Source: Nitrospirota bacterium (GTDB lineage: Bacteria; Nitrospirota; UBA9217). Taken from it: a stretch of DNA of 64,000 nucleotides. Below, piece after piece: positions 1 to 12,183 of this stretch. Position 1 is the stretch's first letter. Every line of letters begins with the position of its first letter. Location of the stretch: positions 320,001 through 384,000 of the forward strand of contig CAVTRN010000001.1 of the NCBI GenBank assembly GCA_963737155.1, in the 5' to 3' direction. The notes below the pieces were generated by a model. That model saw only the letters and a list, made by a program, of their open reading frames with translations. It was not told the DNA's origin and searched no databases. The position numbers and the translations under genes were made by a program.

Positions 1-393
1 CTCGAAAAAGAGCGCACTAAGCTGGAAAGAATCCTTTCTGGCATCAAGTCCATGACCCAGCCGCCGTCACTTCTCTTCGTCATTGATCCCCGCAAGGAGG
101 CAATCGCGGTCCAGGAAGCGAACAAGCTGCATATCCCGGTAGTCGCCGTCGTCGACACGAACTGCGATCCCGACAACATCGATTATGTCATCCCGGGTAA
201 CGATGATGCGATCCGTGCCATCAGGCTCATGGCCTCCAAGGTGGCCGATGCCATAATCGAGGGAAGACAGTCCATCGTGAAGGAACAGGGTGCGGCAATG
301 GAAGCCGCAAAGGCCTCGGGAGAAATACAGCCCGCCGCCGTTGAACCCACGGTTGATGAAGCGGAAGCTGACACCGATGAGGATGTGGCCTAA
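1..393 (+). CDS. rpsB: 30S ribosomal protein S2 (5' partial)
   Basis: Open from base 1; motifs VDTNCDPD and [11 protein letters not shown]; directly upstream of tsf. Confidence 0.97.
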   Translation, partial: LEKERTKLERILSGIKSMTQPPSLLFVIDPRKEAIAVQEANKLHIPVVAVVDTNCDPDNIDYVIPGNDDAIRAIRLMASKVADAIIEGRQSIVKEQGAAMEAAKASGEIQPAAVEPTVDEAEADTDEDVA

Positions 394-437
394 ACCGCAC
401 CGGGTGTGCCGATAACAGAGAAAGGGGCTTTAAAGAA

Positions 438-1322
438 ATGGCAACAATATCTGCAAGCGCAGTGAAGGATTTGAGAGAAAAGACCAGCGTCGGCATGATG
501 GAGGCCAAGAGGGCCTTGGAAGAAGCCGGCGGCGATTTTGAAAAGGCAGTTGATATTCTGAGAAAAAAGGGGCTGTCCGCCGCGGCGAAAAAAGCTGCAC
601 GGGTTGCTTCAGAGGGCGTAATCACTTCCTCGATCTCGAACGGCGGGAAGAGAGGCGTTCTCATCGAGGTTAACAGCGAGACGGATTTTGTCGCGAAGAA
701 TGAAGAATTCCAGAAGTTTGCAAAGGGTCTGGCCGAACTCGTAGCCGCTCAGAAGCCGTCGGATATAGCAGCGCTTTCGCAGCTGTCGCTGGACAGCGAG
801 AACGTCGAAGCAAAGCGCAATTCGCTTGTGCAGAAGATCGGCGAAAATATATCAATCCGCCGCTTCGTATGCTTTGAGACCGAGGGGCGGATCGCCATAT
901 ATCTTCATAGCAACCGTATAGGCGTCATGGTAGATTATACGGGCGGGGATGAGCAGCTCGGCAAAGACGTTGCAATGCATGTTGCCGCGGCAAACCCTCT
1001 TTTCCTGAGTCGCGATGCCGTGCCCTCGGACGTGCTTGACCGGGAACGCGCCGTATACGAGGCCCAGGCCAAGGAATCGGGAAAGCCCGCGGCAGTCATC
1101 GGCAAGATCATTGAAGGCAAACTCGAAAAATTCTATACCGATTCCTGCCTTATGGAGCAAATTTACATCAAGGATGCAGACGGAAAACTCAAGATAAAAG
1201 ACCTATTAAAGAAAGCCGGTGCGAATATCACGCTCAACCGGTTTATCCGTTATCAACTCGGCGAGGGCATCGAGAAGAAAAAAGAAAACTTCGCAGAGGA
1301 AGTAGCCGCGCAGCTGAAGTAA
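438..1322 (+). CDS. tsf: Elongation factor Ts
   Basis: VKDLREKT...EVNSETDFVAKN; rpsB-tsf-pyrH-frr synteny. Confidence 0.98.
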   Translation: MATISASAVKDLREKTSVGMMEAKRALEEAGGDFEKAVDILRKKGLSAAAKKAARVASEGVITSSISNGGKRGVLIEVNSETDFVAKNEEFQKFAKGLAELVAAQKPSDIAALSQLSLDSENVEAKRNSLVQKIGENISIRRFVCFETEGRIAIYLHSNRIGVMVDYTGGDEQLGKDVAMHVAAANPLFLSRDAVPSDVLDRERAVYEAQAKESGKPAAVIGKIIEGKLEKFYTDSCLMEQIYIKDADGKLKIKDLLKKAGANITLNRFIRYQLGEGIEKKKENFAEEVAAQLK

Positions 1323-1388
1323 TCGGCGGTAATGGGGAAGTGTGATCACCGCTGAAATTTTTCGCTGAATCGACAGCAGCGTTCCTGA

Positions 1389-2688
<1,300 letters not shown>

Positions 2689-2958
2689 CCGACCCCCCTT
2701 TTTTTACTTCCTTCGGTATCCCTTCCCGCTCCGACAGTCAGCATCTGTTACGTCTTGGTCCGTCCAGTTATGCATTTCCGTAATGGTGTTCAGACCGTTT
2801 CCTATACCGTCCCGCGAGGAGACCCCTTTCCGGGAGACGGAAATGGTCATATAATGCTGGTGGGGCCGTTGCGCACGCATCTTCCTGCCATTCTCCATCC
2901 CTTTGCCGGAGTGGTTGCTGACAGGAAGTTCCGCTGGCGAGCAGCATCAACCCCAATT

Positions 2959-4092
2959 TTACTCAATTTCGCTGCATTCTCCCGACAACTGGTACGTTCT
3001 CATGAACTTCCTGTCGATATATTTCTTGAGCCGCAGAGCCATCTTGCCACGCCAGATCACGTTTCCGCGCAGAAATAGCCCCGTGTCATCCCCAAGGTTG
3101 AAGATGAGAAGAAAGCGTTTTTGAGGCCGGAAAATCTTCAGGGGCCTGTTCCCCAGAACCGCAAGAATGTTATGAAAAAGAATCTGACTCTCGCGCACGG
3201 CATAGACCCCGATCTTGGCCAATGGTCGGCCAATGAGATCAGCACAGTCGCCTCCGCAAAATAGCTCTGGATGCGCGATGCTTTGGAGGTTCTCATTGAT
3301 GAGGAGGCCGCCGGTTTCCCCCGAAGGAAGACCCGATTCCTTGAAGAGCGGCGGAGGCTCGACTCCTGTGGCGACGAAGCAGACGTCGAAATCCAAGCTC
3401 TTGCCTGTGGACAGCCTGACAGATGCGTCTTCGATTGCAGATGCGCTTACCCCGTTCAGAACTGCAATGCCACGTTCTTCAAGAGATGCCCTAGCAAGCC
3501 GGTATGCCTTATCCGGTAACCCGTTGAGCAATCGCCGTCCCGAGACAATGGTGATACGTCCCGTTCTGCCGAGGCTGTTTACGAGTTTCCAGGCATTGCC
3601 CGCGATCTCAAGGCCTGACGAGCCGCCGCCAATGACCAGAATATCCGGTGTCTTGTCAGAAGGAAGCCCGATGATGTAATGTCGGGCCTTCATGAGATTG
3701 GTGATCGGCTTGACGGGAAAAACGTTCTGACGTGCAACGGACAGCCTTTCCAGTGCTACGGTGCTGCCGATGTTGAACGATGCGACGTCATAAACGATTT
3801 CTCCGCCCCTGCTGAGCCTCAGCGTTCGTTTGTTAAAGTCGACGGCAACGACAGCGTCATCGATAAACGTTGCGCCCCGTGATTCGACAAGTTTCCTGAT
3901 GTTAAAGCGGATATCCTGCGGCCGATAGAAACCCGCAAGCATACCGGACCCCATACCAGAATAGTAATGGTAAGGTGAAGGGCTGACGACCATTACCTGG
4001 TGCCCGCGTTTTACGTATTCATCGCAGCGCGCCAGCACCATAAGATGAGCATGGCCTGCTCCGACAATAACAAGATGTTTGTTCAAATTCAT
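2959..4092 (-). CDS. FAD/NAD(P)-dependent pyridine nucleotide-disulfide oxidoreductase (resembles N-terminal domain of SelD fusions)
   Basis: VGAGHAH, YSGM, second Rossmann IGGGSSG, GGDCA, KIGVYAVR, KKYIDRKFM. Confidence 0.85.
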   Translation of the reverse strand: MNLNKHLVIVGAGHAHLMVLARCDEYVKRGHQVMVVSPSPYHYYSGMGSGMLAGFYRPQDIRFNIRKLVESRGATFIDDAVVAVDFNKRTLRLSRGGEIVYDVASFNIGSTVALERLSVARQNVFPVKPITNLMKARHYIIGLPSDKTPDILVIGGGSSGLEIAGNAWKLVNSLGRTGRITIVSGRRLLNGLPDKAYRLARASLEERGIAVLNGVSASAIEDASVRLSTGKSLDFDVCFVATGVEPPPLFKESGLPSGETGGLLINENLQSIAHPELFCGGDCADLIGRPLAKIGVYAVRESQILFHNILAVLGNRPLKIFRPQKRFLLIFNLGDDTGLFLRGNVIWRGKMALRLKKYIDRKFMRTYQLSGECSEIE

Positions 4093-4390
4093 TTTTTCAT
4101 TATACCACGGGCTTTTCATTCGGCGACGGGAGAATACTGCGTTTACGTCAGAAAATCAAACGGTTAAACCCGATAAAAATTCAAAGCAGATATAATCACA
4201 ATAGTTCTATTTGACGCTGTCAAAAATTAACGGAAACCCGCCGATAAGGGGGAACATTGATCGGGCAAGAGCTGTTTTTCCTCCGATCAGGAGGAAGCGC
4301 TAGCAACGAGCAGCCTTCGGCAAATTCATTTTATTAGCAAACATATATATGATTATTAAGAAATTTTATGAGACTGTTCCGGGTTTTTTC

Positions 4391-4419
4391 TTGACAAAGA
4401 ATAGGGGTTCCTGTAAATT
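4391..4419 (+). promoter_or_regulatory. sigma70-type promoter of atpB-atpE
   Basis: TTGACA-17 bp-TAAATT, 38 bp before atpB start. Confidence 0.6.
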
Positions 4420-4456
4420 TTTCCGAGTATAATACTCGCCTCAAGGAGCGTAGATT

Positions 4457-5155
4457 ATGAAGGAAGGTCCGCTGCTTTTACCTATCGTCAATATCCCCCA
4501 TTTAAACGAAATCACCCTGGTCAATATCACCTATACGTGGTTTGCCATGGTTGTGCTCATAGGACTGGCCCTTGCCGCCCGTTTTTCGCTCAAGAAAACG
4601 GCCCCCACCGGTTTTCAGAATTTCTTCGAGGTCATCATCGGCGGTTTGGAGAACTTTATTGAAGAAATAATGGGGCCGGAGGGATTGCATTATTTCACTC
4701 TTATTGCTGGTCTCTTCCTTTTTATCCTGGTCTGCAATCTAATGGGCTTGATCCCAGGGTTTGAATCGCCCACGGCCAATCTGAACACCACACTGGCCTT
4801 GGCTCTCTGCGCATTCGCCGCAACGCATTACATCGGCATAAAACGCCACGGCATCGGGTACATCAAGCATTTCCTCGGTCCCATGTGGGCTCTTGCGCCG
4901 ATCATGTTAATCATCGAACTCATCAGCCATCTGGCCCGCGTGATGTCCTTGTCCTTTCGTCTCTTCGGAAACATGGTGGCGAAACACAAGCTCCTTCTCG
5001 TGCTTGCCCTGCTTGCGCCATATATTGCACCCGTCCCGATCCTCGGGCTTGGTCTGCTGGTCTCTTTTGTGCAGGCCGGCGTTTTCACGCTTCTGACCAT
5101 GCTGTATCTTTCAGGATCCATCGAACCAGCTCACATCGGCGGTGAGCACCATTAA
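4457..5155 (+). CDS. atpB: F0F1 ATP synthase subunit a
   Basis: Multi-TM; PTANLNTT, SLSFRLFGN with essential Arg, VQAGVF. Confidence 0.96.
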   Translation: MKEGPLLLPIVNIPHLNEITLVNITYTWFAMVVLIGLALAARFSLKKTAPTGFQNFFEVIIGGLENFIEEIMGPEGLHYFTLIAGLFLFILVCNLMGLIPGFESPTANLNTTLALALCAFAATHYIGIKRHGIGYIKHFLGPMWALAPIMLIIELISHLARVMSLSFRLFGNMVAKHKLLLVLALLAPYIAPVPILGLGLLVSFVQAGVFTLLTMLYLSGSIEPAHIGGEHH

Positions 5156-5237
5156 ATATCATTGACCCTTGGGACCGATATTCCTTCCAGCGGAGGGAGT
5201 CCCCGGGAGGTAGCACCCCGGCACGATTCCGGACTGA

Positions 5238-5609
<372 letters not shown>

Positions 5610-5634
5610 CACTCGAAGCGCTCTTTTCGCACAG

Positions 5635-5671
5635 AAGAAAAGGGACGGTTCACTGAACCGTCCCTTTTCTT
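5635..5671. terminator. Bidirectional intrinsic terminator
   Basis: Perfect IR AAGAAAAGGGACGGTTCA/TGAACCGTCCCTTTTCTT between convergent genes. Confidence 0.85.
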
Positions 5672-5791
5672 TTATCGGTATTGCAAAACCAAGATCATAT
5701 GCAGAAGACAACGCGTTTATGATGTTGTGCGCCTCGATCACTCGCAATCGGGAACACAGACCGTGGATCTTACTTCAGGAAAGCCTCCTCC

Positions 5792-6238
5792 TTACGCAAC
5801 TTTTTTATAAACTTTGCTCTCACCAAGGAATTGCATTTCCCCGCCGACCCTAGCATTGCCCAATATCCTTGCATTCCCGCCAACCTCCGCCCGATCAAAC
5901 ACTTCGGAAAAACCAGTTATCATGGCGTCTCCATAGACACTTGAAAATCCATAAACCTTGGCGTCTCCCGAAACCTTTGCATTGCCGAAAACCCTTGCAT
6001 TGCCGAATACCTCCGCATTGCCGGAAACCTCGGCCTTGTCAAAAATCCAAGCATTCCCAAAAATGAATGCTTCACCGCTCAGCTTGCAATGGCCGCAGAT
6101 TTTCGCGAAAGGTCCGACATAAACAGTGTCCGCGACCCGTGCGTACTCGGCAACCATTCCACCCCCGTTTGGATGATGATGATATTTTATGCCATCAATC
6201 TCCACAACAGGCGCCGTAGAAAGTACCTTAATATCCAT
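5792..6238 (-). CDS. Hexapeptide-repeat (left-handed beta-helix-like) protein
   Basis: HPNGGG motif then tandem GNA(E/R/K)V(F/S/Y) repeats; GGAGG RBS before ATG 6238. Confidence 0.8.
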   Translation of the reverse strand: MDIKVLSTAPVVEIDGIKYHHHPNGGGMVAEYARVADTVYVGPFAKICGHCKLSGEAFIFGNAWIFDKAEVSGNAEVFGNARVFGNAKVSGDAKVYGFSSVYGDAMITGFSEVFDRAEVGGNARILGNARVGGEMQFLGESKVYKKVA

Positions 6239-6388
6239 ATAACACCTCCAATTTAATGCAAATTCCCCTTCTTCCGAACACATAGAGAATTAGACCATGG
6301 AACCTAAAATTACAATTATATATCAACTAAATGATAGCTGACGGACAGGATTTTGTCAAATAAGCCGAATCTATATCAAACAAATGGA

Positions 6389-6522
6389 ATGAACCTCTCC
6401 GTAGCAAGCTGCGGGGTATGTATAAAAAGGAAGACGATTATCTATTGAGAAACCTACGGATTCTCAAACTCTTCCCTCTAAGCGGTGACCCTGTCGCTTG
6501 CTACAGGGAATTGCAAGTTAAA
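6389..6522. mobile_element. Short non-autonomous IS200/IS605-like element (two hairpin ends)
   Basis: Ends CTCCGTAGCAAGCTGCGGGG and CCCTGTCGCTTGCTACAGGG, no ORF between. Confidence 0.5.
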
Positions 6523-6612
6523 TGTTGATTAAATCCGTTTCCTTTTTTTTCGAGACAGCCAAGCTCCCGTATTTTTTGCAATTTTTAGCATTTTAAAAAG
6601 AGCTGCAGATCA

Positions 6613-7044
6613 CTGACATTCTCCCGGCCCCCGGGCCGGGGATTCCCGAATCAGGTTATGGTGCTGCTGAGAGTCGCTGCTGCTTCTGTTCGCAGATGCG
6701 GCAGAGTACATGACGGAGATGCCCTTGAGTCATGCCTCGTACATGAGCGTCTTGAAAATCCGTTTGGATGGCTGATTGTGAATCTGTTGGTTCACGCTGT
6801 CTCCCGGTCTGCCCTCTCTGATGTCTTTGAGGTTCCCCTCAACGATCGTGGCTTCCTAGTGCCTGCCCATGGCATTCATCGTTTGCAAATCAGACTCTCG
6901 ATCAGCTTCAATCATAATTAGTTAATTGCGTCCTAGATATGATTATTTGGCCATCTATTTCTAAAATAATATCTCTCTGGTTGCTTCGCGACCGGCGCTC
7001 TATTCCCGCTCTGAAGAGACGGGGTTTTACTGCGCGGATGATAA
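6613..7044. mobile_element. Degenerate internally deleted IS200/IS605-family remnant
   Basis: Left hairpin CTGACATTCTCCCGGCCCCCGGGCCGGGGATTCC; right hairpin TATTCCCGCTCTGAAGAGACGGGGTTTTACTGCGC..GATAA. Confidence 0.55.
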
Positions 7045-7132
7045 ATTTGCTTTTGATTAAAGAAATTATTTGATATAATGCTACCCTATTAAGATTCATG
7101 GTTTAGCAGTAATAAAAGGAGTTTATTGACTT

Positions 7133-8548
7133 ATGAGCTCTACTAACAATGTCAGAGTCCGTTTTGCCCCCAGCCCCACCGGCGCACTGCATATAGGCGG
7201 AGTCCGCACCGCACTGTTCAACTGGCTCTTCGCACGTCATTTCGGTGGAAAATTCATATTAAGAATCGAGGATACAGACCAGACGCGGTCTACAGATGAA
7301 TCGATCAAGATCATCATCGATGGGATGAAGTGGCTTGGCCTCGATTGGGATGAAGGGCCCTTCCGCCAGACCGACCGCATGATCATTTATCGCAGCCATG
7401 TTGACAGGCTCCTCAAGGAAGGCAAGGCATACTTTTGCTATTGCACACCCGAAGAGCTTGAGGCCAGGAGAAAACTTGCCATTGCCGCGGGCAAAGCGCC
7501 CAAGTATGACCGAAAGTGCCGGTCTCTAACGGCTCCAGTCCCGGGCAGAACGCCGGCGGTGCGATTCCTGTCTTCAGATGAAGGACAGACCGTTGTGCGG
7601 GACCTCATCCGCGGCGCCGTGACGTTCGAGAACCAACAGCTCGATGACTTGATCATTCTGCGTTCCGACGGACTTCCCACATACAACTTTGCCGTGGTCG
7701 TGGACGATGTGACGATGAACATTTCTCACGTGATCCGCGGCGATGACCACTTGAACAATACACCCCGCCAGATTCAACTTTATCGCGCTTTCGGATACGA
7801 GTCCCCTCAGTTTGCGCATTTGCCCATGATTCTCGGCTCGGACAAAACCAAACTTTCAAAACGCCACGGTGCCACGGCGGTCACGGAATACATTGACCTA
7901 GGCTATCTTCCTGAGGCGCTCGTGAATTACCTTGCCCGTCTCGGCTGGTCGCATGGAGACCAGGAAATATTCCCGCTCGGGGAGCTGATAGAAAAATTTT
8001 CGCTCGAGAATGTCGGCAAGGCGCCCTCGGTATTCAATCCGGAAAAGCTACTCTGGCTGAATCATCACTACATCCAGCAGGCGGACCCGAAACGTCTTGC
8101 CGGCCTGTTAATCAACCTCCTGATTAAGGACGGCATCATTACCGCGGGCAGGGAACCTGACGAGGAGTGGCTTAAGAAACTCGTCGAGATCCTGATTGAG
8201 CGAAGCCACACGCTTGTAGAGATGAAAACTGGCTCAATCCCCTTTCTCGTCGAGGAACTCACGATGAACGAGAAAGCCAAAGCGAAACATTTGACGCCCG
8301 ATGTCTTGCCGCTTCTCTCTGAACTTGCAGCGCGGTTGAATGCCGTCGATCCTTTTACGCATTCGGAAATAGAGAAAGTGTTTAACTCCATGGTGGTGGA
8401 AAAAGGGATCAAACTCGGCATGATCGCGCAACCAGCGCGCGTGGCCCTGACAGGCGGCACCGTGAGCCCAGGCATCTACGATGTCGTAGAAGCGATGGGA
8501 AAACAGAAAACGATCAGGAGGTTGAATGCAGCTGTAAAGACAATGTGA
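7133..8548 (+). CDS. gltX: Glutamate--tRNA ligase
   Basis: RFAPSPTG, HIGG, RIEDTD, KLSKR. Confidence 0.98.
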   Translation: MSSTNNVRVRFAPSPTGALHIGGVRTALFNWLFARHFGGKFILRIEDTDQTRSTDESIKIIIDGMKWLGLDWDEGPFRQTDRMIIYRSHVDRLLKEGKAYFCYCTPEELEARRKLAIAAGKAPKYDRKCRSLTAPVPGRTPAVRFLSSDEGQTVVRDLIRGAVTFENQQLDDLIILRSDGLPTYNFAVVVDDVTMNISHVIRGDDHLNNTPRQIQLYRAFGYESPQFAHLPMILGSDKTKLSKRHGATAVTEYIDLGYLPEALVNYLARLGWSHGDQEIFPLGELIEKFSLENVGKAPSVFNPEKLLWLNHHYIQQADPKRLAGLLINLLIKDGIITAGREPDEEWLKKLVEILIERSHTLVEMKTGSIPFLVEELTMNEKAKAKHLTPDVLPLLSELAARLNAVDPFTHSEIEKVFNSMVVEKGIKLGMIAQPARVALTGGTVSPGIYDVVEAMGKQKTIRRLNAAVKTM

Positions 8549-8678
8549 CGGCGATCTGGGGTGGTGATGCTTTCAGACCGGCCTGATAAGCAGCTTTTAT
8601 GCGCCTGGGCAATTGCCGCTCATTCGTTTTCTCTTGAAATCCCTCCTTGCGCAACGGGCTGGAGAAGTGGAGGTGCTT

Positions 8679-9086
8679 ATGGGATTCATAAAGTGGACTA
8701 GTAATTATTCCGTCAACATAGCCGAAGTCGACGAGCAGCATAAGAAGCTCATCAGCCTCGTCAATGAAATGAATGATGCTATGAGCGTGGGTAAAGGTCG
8801 CGATGTCTTAGGACCGGTTCTTACGGAGCTAGTCAATTACACTGTTTACCATTTCACCACCGAAGAACGTCTGTTTCAGCTATACAATTATCCCGATTAT
8901 GAAAAACACAAGAAAACCCATGAGGACCTGACGGCGAAAGCCAATAAGCTGCAAGAGACATTCAACGCGGGGAACAAGACGATCACCATCGACGTTATGC
9001 TCTTTCTTAGCGACTGGCTGAATGTCCACATCCTCGTTGAAGACATGAAATACGGCACCTTCTTGAACAGCAAGGGAGTTTATTAG
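8679..9086 (+). CDS. Bacteriohemerythrin
   Basis: W..YSV...VDEQHKKL, HFTTEE, HKKTH, WLNVHILVED; GGAGG RBS before 8679. Confidence 0.93.
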   Translation: MGFIKWTSNYSVNIAEVDEQHKKLISLVNEMNDAMSVGKGRDVLGPVLTELVNYTVYHFTTEERLFQLYNYPDYEKHKKTHEDLTAKANKLQETFNAGNKTITIDVMLFLSDWLNVHILVEDMKYGTFLNSKGVY

Positions 9087-9168
9087 CGGCGTCCTTTTGG
9101 TGCCACGCACACTCCAAACGCCGGCGTGCCCACACTGCCCGCAGGGACGGATCATAATTTTCAAAGAA

Positions 9169-9648
9169 ATGTCCACATGTGTAGAACAAAAAGTCCTGCT
9201 CTCCGGAGAACTTCACGAATACCAATGCAAGCTGGTTCTTCTCACGGACAGTTTCGGCATCCTTCGATACATCCTCGATAGAGAATACCATGTCGACGGG
9301 ATCACGCTGCGTCCCGGCGAAGTCACATCGGCATTTTACTGGACCAACAGGCCTTACACCCTGTACACATGGCGCCATGATAGACCAGGACAAGAACTCT
9401 ACTACTTCAATATCGCCGACAGGGTGTCGCTTTCGCAACCCAGGTTTGTCTGGCGCGATCTTATCGTCGACGTTCTTATCGATGAACACAAAACCGCGCA
9501 CATCCTCGACGAAGAAGATTTGCCGTCGGATCTCAACCCAGAGCTCCGTGACTACATTGAACGCGCGCAGCATCATGTTCTTACGCATTACCGCCAAATT
9601 ATCGAGGAAGTGAAACACAGCATCATTGATGACATAGTATGCCCTTAG
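9169..9648 (+). CDS. DUF402-like protein
   Basis: YYFNIAD...WRDLIVDVL...ILDEEDL pattern. Confidence 0.75.
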   Translation: MSTCVEQKVLLSGELHEYQCKLVLLTDSFGILRYILDREYHVDGITLRPGEVTSAFYWTNRPYTLYTWRHDRPGQELYYFNIADRVSLSQPRFVWRDLIVDVLIDEHKTAHILDEEDLPSDLNPELRDYIERAQHHVLTHYRQIIEEVKHSIIDDIVCP

Positions 9649-9744
9649 CGTTAGCTATACCGTTTTGTCTGCCGCTTGCATCCCCGGCTTCATGGGCATA
9701 TTTATTCCTGTTGTCAATTCATTCTAGTTCCGTTACAATTAATT

Positions 9745-10041
9745 GTGCGTCTCGACCTGTTCTTGAAGACCGGCAAGCTTATAAAACGAAGGGCCATCGC
9801 CAGAGAAATGTGCGAAAATGGCAGGGTATTAGTCAACGGGATTGGGGCAAAACCCGCCAAAGAGGTGAAACAGGGCGACCGTATCACCCTGAAGTTCTCA
9901 TCGCACACTACTATTGAGCTCGAAGTCCTCGGCGGGCTTTCTGCGATATCGCGGAAGAATCTGCCTGAAGAACTGTATCAGGTCATATCGGAGACGCGTT
10001 TGCCAAAAGACGAAGACCTATGGAGCAAAAACCTCTCATAG
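9745..10041 (+). CDS. RNA-binding S4 domain protein (Hsp15/RqcP-like)
   Basis: GTG start; RLDLFLK...IKRRAIAREMC..GRVLVNG..AKPAKEVK.GD. Confidence 0.88.
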   Translation: MRLDLFLKTGKLIKRRAIAREMCENGRVLVNGIGAKPAKEVKQGDRITLKFSSHTTIELEVLGGLSAISRKNLPEELYQVISETRLPKDEDLWSKNLS

Positions 10042-11039
10042 CCATCACCATGGGTGATCCGGCCGGTGTCGGCCCCGAGATCATTGCAAAGGTTATCGAA
10101 AGCGGAGAAATCTTTCCGCTTTGCAGGCCAGTGGTAATCGGTGATGCAAACGTGCTGAGAAAGCTAGTTGAAGAATTGCGTCTCTCCGTCTCCATAAGGA
10201 TCATCGCTTCCGTTGCGGAAGCGGATCCCATGGCCGGCTATCTCGACGTTCTCGACCTGGGCATGGTGGAAATCTCGCGCCATTCCTGGGGCACGCCTGA
10301 CGCATCATCGGGAAGGGCCGTCGTCGAGTATATCAAAAAAGCCACGATGCTGGCGATGAACGCCGAAGCAGATGCCGTGGTAACCGCCCCGATCAGCAAG
10401 GAAATGATGAATGCGGCTGGCCATCACTACGCCGGCCACACGGAGCTGTTCGCGGAGTTGACGGGCTCACGGGACTACGGCATGCTTTTCACCGGCGGCG
10501 GTTTGCGGGTCATTCTCGCGACCATACACGTTGCGCTGAAAGATGTTGCCGGGCTCATCACGAGAGAATCAGTATTGAAGACCCTCCGCCTCGCACAGAA
10601 GGCCATGCCTTTCTTCGGCATCGAAAAACCTCGTATCGGCGTCGCGGCACTTAACCCCCACGCGGGCGAAGGCAGACTCTTCGGCTCCGAGGAATGGGAC
10701 ATAATTCTTCCCGCGGTAATCAAGGCCCGGTCGGAAGGCATCAACGCGAGCAATCCGCTGCCTGCCGATACGCTCTTTTACAAAGCTCGCAATAATTACT
10801 TTGACATCGTCGTTGCCATGTACCATGATCAGGGGCTGGCGCCGCTCAAAATGCTTGCCTTCGGCAATGCCGTCAACGTGACTGTTGGTCTTCCAATCAT
10901 CCGCACGTCGGTGGACCATGGCACCGCATACGATATCGCCGGAAAAGGCTGTGCGAATCCGGCAAGCCTGTTCGAGGCCGTCAAGCTGGCAGCGGCTATG
11001 AGCACTCACCGGAAGCGGTCGACGAAGGAGCATTCTTGA
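10020..11039 (+). CDS. pdxA: 4-hydroxythreonine-4-phosphate dehydrogenase
   Basis: ITMGDPAGVGPE, GHTE, LNPHAGE, MYHDQG, RTSVDHGTA. Confidence 0.96.
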   Translation: MEQKPLIAITMGDPAGVGPEIIAKVIESGEIFPLCRPVVIGDANVLRKLVEELRLSVSIRIIASVAEADPMAGYLDVLDLGMVEISRHSWGTPDASSGRAVVEYIKKATMLAMNAEADAVVTAPISKEMMNAAGHHYAGHTELFAELTGSRDYGMLFTGGGLRVILATIHVALKDVAGLITRESVLKTLRLAQKAMPFFGIEKPRIGVAALNPHAGEGRLFGSEEWDIILPAVIKARSEGINASNPLPADTLFYKARNNYFDIVVAMYHDQGLAPLKMLAFGNAVNVTVGLPIIRTSVDHGTAYDIAGKGCANPASLFEAVKLAAAMSTHRKRSTKEHS

Positions 11040-12106
11040 ACTTGAAGCCGCAGCCCTTTCTCAATCGATCTAATCTCTCCGCCGCTGCATTTTTCGGCCT
11101 CTTCATTTTTCTGCTCTACCAGATAACGATCCTGCTTGCGCCGCTTTTAACCCCTCTCATCTGGGCATCCATCGTTGCTCTAGCGCTGTACCCGATTTAC
11201 CAGAAACTCGTCCTGCGGCTGAGAGGAAAACGCGGATTGACTGCAGCCATTATGACATTCGTGATCCTGATTCTCATCATCGGACCCGCTGTGACCCTGT
11301 TGATACTTCTGGTTACGCAGGCTGTTGACATCTATCAGTGGACCTCCGCAAACATCCAGACAGGCAAGCTTGCCGACCTCTGGACTCAGCTTACTTCGTC
11401 CTTCCTCGATAAGCTTCATGCCCACCCGGTGCTGGCGGGACTTGATATCAAAAGCATAGTCATGAAAAGCATTGGCGATATTTCCTCGGGCCTTGCCGGG
11501 CAGATTGGTGGCATCCTGAAACATACGGCAATACTCATTGTCAACATCCTGATCATGCTCATCGCGCTCTTCTTTTTTTTCAGAGACGGCGAGGCTTACT
11601 ACAATACCGTTATAGACCTGCTCCCTTTTACCAAGAAACATAAAGACGCGATTGCGCAGAAATTCGTAGACACCTTCGCTGCCGTAATCAATGGAGTGTT
11701 TCTTATAGCTCTGCTGCAGGGCGTTCTGACCGGGATCGGCTTTTTTTTATTTCACATTCCCTTCGCGATCTTTTGGGGGTTTCTGGCCGCCGCGCTGGCA
11801 TTGCTTCCTATTGGCGGGGCAGCGCTCGTCTGGATACCCGGCGCCATTTACTCGTATTTGACAGGATCACTGCTTTCAGGAGTTCTGCTTTTTGTTTGGG
11901 GAGTACTCCTCATCACGCTGCCTGAAAATTTTTTGAGGCCGCTCCTAATCGGCAGGAAGACGCAGATCCCAGCCTTCGTGCTCTTCATCGCATTACTAGG
12001 CGGCCTTGAGGCTTACGGCATTCTCGGGATACTGTTCGGCCCGATCATAGTTACGTTGGTCATGGTCTTTATCAAAATTTATCGTGAGGAGTTTTCGGAC
12101 CAGTGA
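11036..12106 (+). CDS. AI-2E family transporter
   Basis: Multi-TM; FFFRDG, NFLRP, GILFGPII. Confidence 0.9.
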   Translation: MNLKPQPFLNRSNLSAAAFFGLFIFLLYQITILLAPLLTPLIWASIVALALYPIYQKLVLRLRGKRGLTAAIMTFVILILIIGPAVTLLILLVTQAVDIYQWTSANIQTGKLADLWTQLTSSFLDKLHAHPVLAGLDIKSIVMKSIGDISSGLAGQIGGILKHTAILIVNILIMLIALFFFFRDGEAYYNTVIDLLPFTKKHKDAIAQKFVDTFAAVINGVFLIALLQGVLTGIGFFLFHIPFAIFWGFLAAALALLPIGGAALVWIPGAIYSYLTGSLLSGVLLFVWGVLLITLPENFLRPLLIGRKTQIPAFVLFIALLGGLEAYGILGILFGPIIVTLVMVFIKIYREEFSDQ

Positions 12107-12183
12107 ATTAATCCGGTTCATCAGCCTCGGCTTTTTCCCCAGTTAAACGGAACCACTCATTACTCTGAAAGGAATAAAAGAAT

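Noticed and set aside
2690-2958. Short ORFs after frr
   Set aside because: No RBS or recognisable domain; may be a decayed gene but cannot be assigned
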